Assembly: GCA_902599555.1 (NCBI GenBank)
Contig: CACKFQ010000004.1
Location: 44,454-108,453 of the forward strand
DNA from: an uncultured Candidatus Actinomarina sp.
GTDB lineage: Bacteria > Actinomycetota > Acidimicrobiia > Actinomarinales > Actinomarinaceae
Length of the DNA stretch: 64,000 bases
Reading direction: 5' to 3'
The notes under the pieces are model-generated. The model did no database searches, had not been told where the DNA came from, and saw nothing but the letters and a program-made list of their open reading frames with translations. The stretch's first letter is position 1; each line of letters opens with the position of its first letter. Positions 60,439-64,000 of the stretch are shown here, one piece after another. A program made the translations under genes and the position numbers.

Positions 60439-60939
60439 TTAAGGATAATTTTTATCTGGAGCAAAGAACTCTGCAGCATCTAATCCTAAATCTATAAACA
60501 TGCCGTGAGCCTCAACATGAATTTCTTCACCTAATTGAATAACAGCTTCCGTATAAACTTTTTTATTATCAACTTCTTTAACCCAAGCATATAATTCAAA
60601 TTCTTTTTCTACTGGTGTTGGCTTAAGAAAATTAACAGATAAATTTGCAGTTACAGAAAATATGTTGTGAATAACTGTTGAGTAACCCATCATGTCATCC
60701 AAGGCAGCTGATAGTATACCACCGTGAACAAGGCCAGGCCCACCTTCAAATCTCTTTGCAAATGAATACTTTGCGTAAACTTTACGATTTTTAATTTCTG
60801 GTTTCATTTGCATACTGTCTGTGTTGTTACCGCTGACAAAAGAAGAATCAGGATATATATCTTGAAGCAGTGTTCCATCAGTCCAGCCTGAGGATGAATC
60901 AATTTCTAGAACTTGACCAGTTATGTACTTATAATTCAT
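60439..60939 (-). CDS. Hotdog-fold thioesterase (PaaI/4HBT-like)
   Basis: 166 aa with GPGLVHGGILSAALDDMMG motif. Confidence 0.78.
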   Translation of the reverse strand: MNYKYITGQVLEIDSSSGWTDGTLLQDIYPDSSFVSGNNTDSMQMKPEIKNRKVYAKYSFAKRFEGGPGLVHGGILSAALDDMMGYSTVIHNIFSVTANLSVNFLKPTPVEKEFELYAWVKEVDNKKVYTEAVIQLGEEIHVEAHGMFIDLGLDAAEFFAPDKNYP

Positions 60940-61558
60940 TTTTATTTATATTAGATATGTCTTTTCTTAATGCCTCATTGATAAAAGCATTTGTTATATC
61001 AGATCTAGTTCTTTCAATAATTGACCGTGCATTATCTGCATACCTTCTAAGTCCTCCTGTAAGAGCATCTGGATAATCTAACTCATTTAATATACCCATA
61101 CCCTCTTCCATAATTTCTAAGTAAGTTTCAGCTTTTTTGATGTCAAGATTTCTTAAATGATCAAGTGCTTTTCTTCTCCACTCACCAATCGTATCTCCTA
61201 TTCCTTGTATGTAGCTAGAAGGATGTAGGTTGAATTCGGAAAATGGTTCAATTGTTCCTTTAACTTCAAAATTGTAAAACATAACAGCTTCAACAAATTC
61301 TCTTTCGGCATCTAAAACATAGCCTGCATAACTAATTTCTGAAACTTCACTACAAATGCTTTTTAAATCATTTAATTTTTTTTGAGCGCTTTTTATATGT
61401 TTTTCAGCATCAGATATATCCTTTCTATGAACATTTCTAATACTTTTTGAGCACTCACGAACTATCTCTCTAGATATTGTTAAAGACTGTTCACGAACAT
61501 CATTTAATTTATCGAAAGCTGCTGATAAATTTTCTAAATTAGCTTCAGATTCGGACAA
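60929..61558 (-). CDS. Translin/TRAX family protein (C3PO-like)
   Basis: 209 aa, all-helical-looking. AEREFVEA aligns with the TRAX QEYVEA motif. YIQGIGDTIGEWRR aligns with TRAX YLLGVADLTGELMR. GGLRRYADNARSIIERT aligns with translin LRKRYDGLKYDVKKVEE. TTG start directly abuts the upstream stop. Confidence 0.7.
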   Translation of the reverse strand: MSESEANLENLSAAFDKLNDVREQSLTISREIVRECSKSIRNVHRKDISDAEKHIKSAQKKLNDLKSICSEVSEISYAGYVLDAEREFVEAVMFYNFEVKGTIEPFSEFNLHPSSYIQGIGDTIGEWRRKALDHLRNLDIKKAETYLEIMEEGMGILNELDYPDALTGGLRRYADNARSIIERTRSDITNAFINEALRKDISNINKNEL

Positions 61559-61921
61559 TTATACTGCTTGTTTTAAATATTCGACATTATCATCATCTGC
61601 AGATGAATCATCTACATAAATGAAACTATTTCTTTGAAGAGAGGATGATCGTACTTGAAATGCAGTGTATGCATAAATACCAAAAACTACATCAATAATA
61701 AGGTGAAAAACAAAAATTGGAACTGAGAGAGTTTGAAGAGCTATAAAAAAACTTGTTATAGCTACTAACCCCAGTGTGATAAATCCTTTTCTTTGTTTCT
61801 CAACCATAAATTGATACTCATTTGAGATAGATTTATTAATTTTTGAATATTGTAGCTCAGGAAAAACAACTGCTATTGAAAGCGATACCATTAAAGCTAT
61901 TAAAACTAGTGTAGAACTCAT
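61559..61921 (-). CDS. Small hypothetical membrane protein (3 predicted TM) with acidic C-terminus
   Basis: 120 aa with three hydrophobic segments. No recognisable motif. Confidence 0.5.
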   Translation of the reverse strand: MSSTLVLIALMVSLSIAVVFPELQYSKINKSISNEYQFMVEKQRKGFITLGLVAITSFFIALQTLSVPIFVFHLIIDVVFGIYAYTAFQVRSSSLQRNSFIYVDDSSADDDNVEYLKQAV

Positions 61922-61979
61922 GCCCTGCCCTTACTGTTGTTGTTTTAATAATAACTAGTTTTAAAAAAATTTTCTCTTT

Positions 61980-62588
61980 TTAAAATTTATTTTCTTTGCC
62001 TTCTCTTAGTCTTTTGATGTTTTCAGAATGTTTTATGAAAATCAAAACAAATAAAACAACAAGTACTACCACATTAGATATTTCATTATTTATATAAATT
62101 AGTAATGACACAGTTACCAAAACAGTTGCCAAACTAGCAATTGCTGACACACGAGTTGTTTTAAATACAACAAAATAGAAAAAGGCTAGTGCAGGTATAT
62201 TAAGTATTTGAAATATCTCTATATTGAATAAGTCAGAATTATAAGGATTCATGAGCACTGTTGTAATATAAACACCGAGGTAAGTAGCAACCCCTTTCCC
62301 CCCTTTAAACTTATAAAATGCTGGATAAATATGGCCAACAACAGCAGCGAGTCCGTAAACCAAAAAATATTGATCTTGATAGTAAAATATGATTGGAATA
62401 GCTCCTTTTAATAAATCTCCAAGCAATACAATTGCAGCAGACCCTTTTCCTAATGTCCTTAACACGTTTGATGTTCCTGGATTACCACTTCCCTCAGAAG
62501 AAATATCTATGCCTTTAATTCGAGATGTAATATAGGCAAAATTTATCGAACCAAGCAAATAACTGACTATTACTACTAAAAAATTCAT
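61980..62588 (-). CDS. plsY: Glycerol-3-phosphate acyltransferase PlsY
   Basis: 202 aa with GSGNPGTSNV and FKGGKGVATY motifs. Confidence 0.93.
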   Translation of the reverse strand: MNFLVVIVSYLLGSINFAYITSRIKGIDISSEGSGNPGTSNVLRTLGKGSAAIVLLGDLLKGAIPIIFYYQDQYFLVYGLAAVVGHIYPAFYKFKGGKGVATYLGVYITTVLMNPYNSDLFNIEIFQILNIPALAFFYFVVFKTTRVSAIASLATVLVTVSLLIYINNEISNVVVLVVLFVLIFIKHSENIKRLREGKENKF

Positions 62589-62665
62589 TTATTTGAGTCT
62601 AATTCATTAAAAATAAATAAGATATAGCTCGTTTATACAATTTACAAATTTAATCTTATAAATGA

Positions 62666-62821
62666 ATGAACAATACATCTAAATGCTCAAACAAAAGAAG
62701 GTTTACATCTGAAAATGAAGCAAGAAAAGAAAGATTGTTTGTAGAAAAAGAATACAATAAAAAATTTAGAATATACTTATGTACATTATGTCAAGGATGG
62801 CATTTTTCAACAATTAATTAA
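62666..62821 (+). CDS. Small Cys-rich zinc-ribbon-like protein (51 aa), not in ORF track
   Basis: ATG AAC AAT ... TAA reads MNNTSKCSNKRRFTSENEARKERLFVEKEYNKKFRIYLCTLCQGWHFSTIN (C7, C39, C42, H46). It ends 2 nt before the uppP ATG. Reading it as a coding gene is an inference from the conserved-looking Cys/His spacing and the tight coupling. Confidence 0.5.
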   Translation: MNNTSKCSNKRRFTSENEARKERLFVEKEYNKKFRIYLCTLCQGWHFSTIN

Positions 62822-62823
62822 TT

Positions 62824-63588
62824 ATGATTGATATTTTATTTGGAATCATACAAGGTGTCACTGAATTTTTACCAATTTCTTCAAGTGGACATCTTGTTGT
62901 TTTGTCAGAGTTGTTTAAAGATAACAGTTTTAATACATATGAGATAGCGTTTTTACACCTCGGAACATTTTTTTCAATTTTAGTATATTACTTCAAAGAC
63001 ATTTTTCTGATCTTAAAAAACCGTAACTCATTGATTCAAATTTTTAAACTTATAGTTATAGGTGTAATGCCCGCTTCAGCTTTTGGATTATTTTTACCAA
63101 TAAGTGATTTAATTGATGAAAGTAGTGCAATTTTAGTAATAACGGCATTAGCTTATATTTTTATTGCAAGTGTATTGTATTTTGCTGACAAGCTAGAAGA
63201 GGGTGGTAAAAGTATATTTGATCTTTCATTAAAAGAATCTCTAACAATAGGAATTGCCCAAGCCCTTGCATTATTTCCTGGAGTTTCAAGGTCAGGTATC
63301 ACTCTAAGTGCGGCTTTGTATTTGAAATTAAAAAAAACTGAAGCAATATTCTTTTCACTTCTTCTAGGATTGCCTACAATTTTTGGTGCTTGGCTTCTAA
63401 CATTTATACAGGCTACAGAACCTCTTGATAATTCTTTATGGATTCCTTGTTTTGCTGCATTTCTTTCCGGACTAGTTGCGATAAGAGTTCTTATTAATTT
63501 TACAGTTAATTCTAAATTGAATGTGTTTTCAATTTATTGCTTCTTAATGGGTTTGGTTTCGCTAGGAACTTACTTAATTAATCTTTAA
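62824..63588 (+). CDS. uppP: Undecaprenyl-diphosphate phosphatase (BacA/UppP)
   Basis: 254 aa with EFLPISSSGHL and PGVSRSG motifs. Confidence 0.93.
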   Translation: MIDILFGIIQGVTEFLPISSSGHLVVLSELFKDNSFNTYEIAFLHLGTFFSILVYYFKDIFLILKNRNSLIQIFKLIVIGVMPASAFGLFLPISDLIDESSAILVITALAYIFIASVLYFADKLEEGGKSIFDLSLKESLTIGIAQALALFPGVSRSGITLSAALYLKLKKTEAIFFSLLLGLPTIFGAWLLTFIQATEPLDNSLWIPCFAAFLSGLVAIRVLINFTVNSKLNVFSIYCFLMGLVSLGTYLINL

Positions 63589-64000
63589 ATCAATCGGTTT
63601 CTTTTTAGGTTGAAATTTCAAAATTTCATTTGCAATATCAATGACATTCTTGAAGTTTGGATTATTTTTAAAAGCAAATAAATCACTTCCTTCAGAAGCA
63701 ACAGTTATGTCTTCTAGTAAAGGCATCTCTCCAAGAATTGGTACATCAAGTTTCTTTGATAAATCTTTTCCCCCATCCTTACCAAATGGATAAAGTTTAT
63801 TTCCATCAACTTCCATATATGACATATTTTCGATTACTCCAATAATGCTCGCATTAACTTTTTTAGACATAATTCCTGAACGCTCTGCAACCATTGTTGC
63901 ATTTGTTTGAGGAGTTGTAACAACTATGTTTTCAAAATATTTTAAGAATTGAGATAAAGAGATTGAAACATCACCAGTACCAGGTGGCATATCTATAAGT
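63574..64000 (-). CDS. Mrp/ApbC-type Fe-S cluster carrier ATPase, C-terminal part (5' end beyond window)
   Basis: The frame stays open to the window edge. It reads ...LIDMPPGTGDVSISL..., the Mrp/NBP35 switch motif, so the M at 63990 is internal, not the start. Confidence 0.85.
   Translation of the reverse strand, partial: LIDMPPGTGDVSISLSQFLKYFENIVVTTPQTNATMVAERSGIMSKKVNASIIGVIENMSYMEVDGNKLYPFGKDGGKDLSKKLDVPILGEMPLLEDITVASEGSDLFAFKNNPNFKNVIDIANEILKFQPKKKPIDLKIN

Noticed and set aside
1-64000. Search for CRISPR arrays, IS elements, integrases, prophage remnants, rRNA operons, tmRNA, RNase P and SRP RNAs
   Set aside because: No non-coding gap exceeds about 95 nt, and no spaced direct repeats were seen. 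No ORF shows transposase, integrase or phage motifs. All GC-rich islands resolve to the ten tRNAs, coding sequence or the cimA terminator.

Overview
The window is very AT-rich (about one-third G+C or less by eye, not computed) and extremely gene-dense. About 90% of genes lie on the minus strand, and many neighbours overlap by 1-20 nt. Gene order is the classic actinobacterial (Streptomyces/Mycobacterium-like) core block: tig-clpP-clpX-valS-folC-ndk-mreBCD-pbp2-rodA-rne-rplU-rpmA-obg-proB-proA-nadD-rsfS, then lepA/rpsT and phoH-ybeY-uppS-glyQS-dnaG. I therefore infer a streamlined low-GC marine actinobacterium (Actinomarinales-like); this is inference only. I call 64 CDS (two run off the window edges and two are short ORFs absent from the track), 10 tRNAs, one intrinsic terminator and one leader/attenuator. 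I saw no rRNA, CRISPR array, transposase, integrase or prophage signature. Accessory-looking content comprises two cell-envelope glycan clusters (1-6312 and 20083-25512), a minimal K+ channel splitting nadD from rsfS, and a MoxR/VWA pair embedded in the proBA-nadD operon. The right-hand block (57031-62821) holds a tandem Cas4-like Fe-S nuclease, an alcohol-oxidase-like GMC enzyme, a TRAX/translin-like protein and a small zinc-ribbon ORF. The strongest new observation is a missed 8-codon leader ORF (MKKIIIII) followed by alternative hairpins and a GC-hairpin/T9 terminator, directly upstream of citramalate synthase. That layout fits an isoleucine-sensing transcription attenuator. I found no clear multi-gene defence-type system, and all functional calls rest on motif recognition from memory, not on searches.
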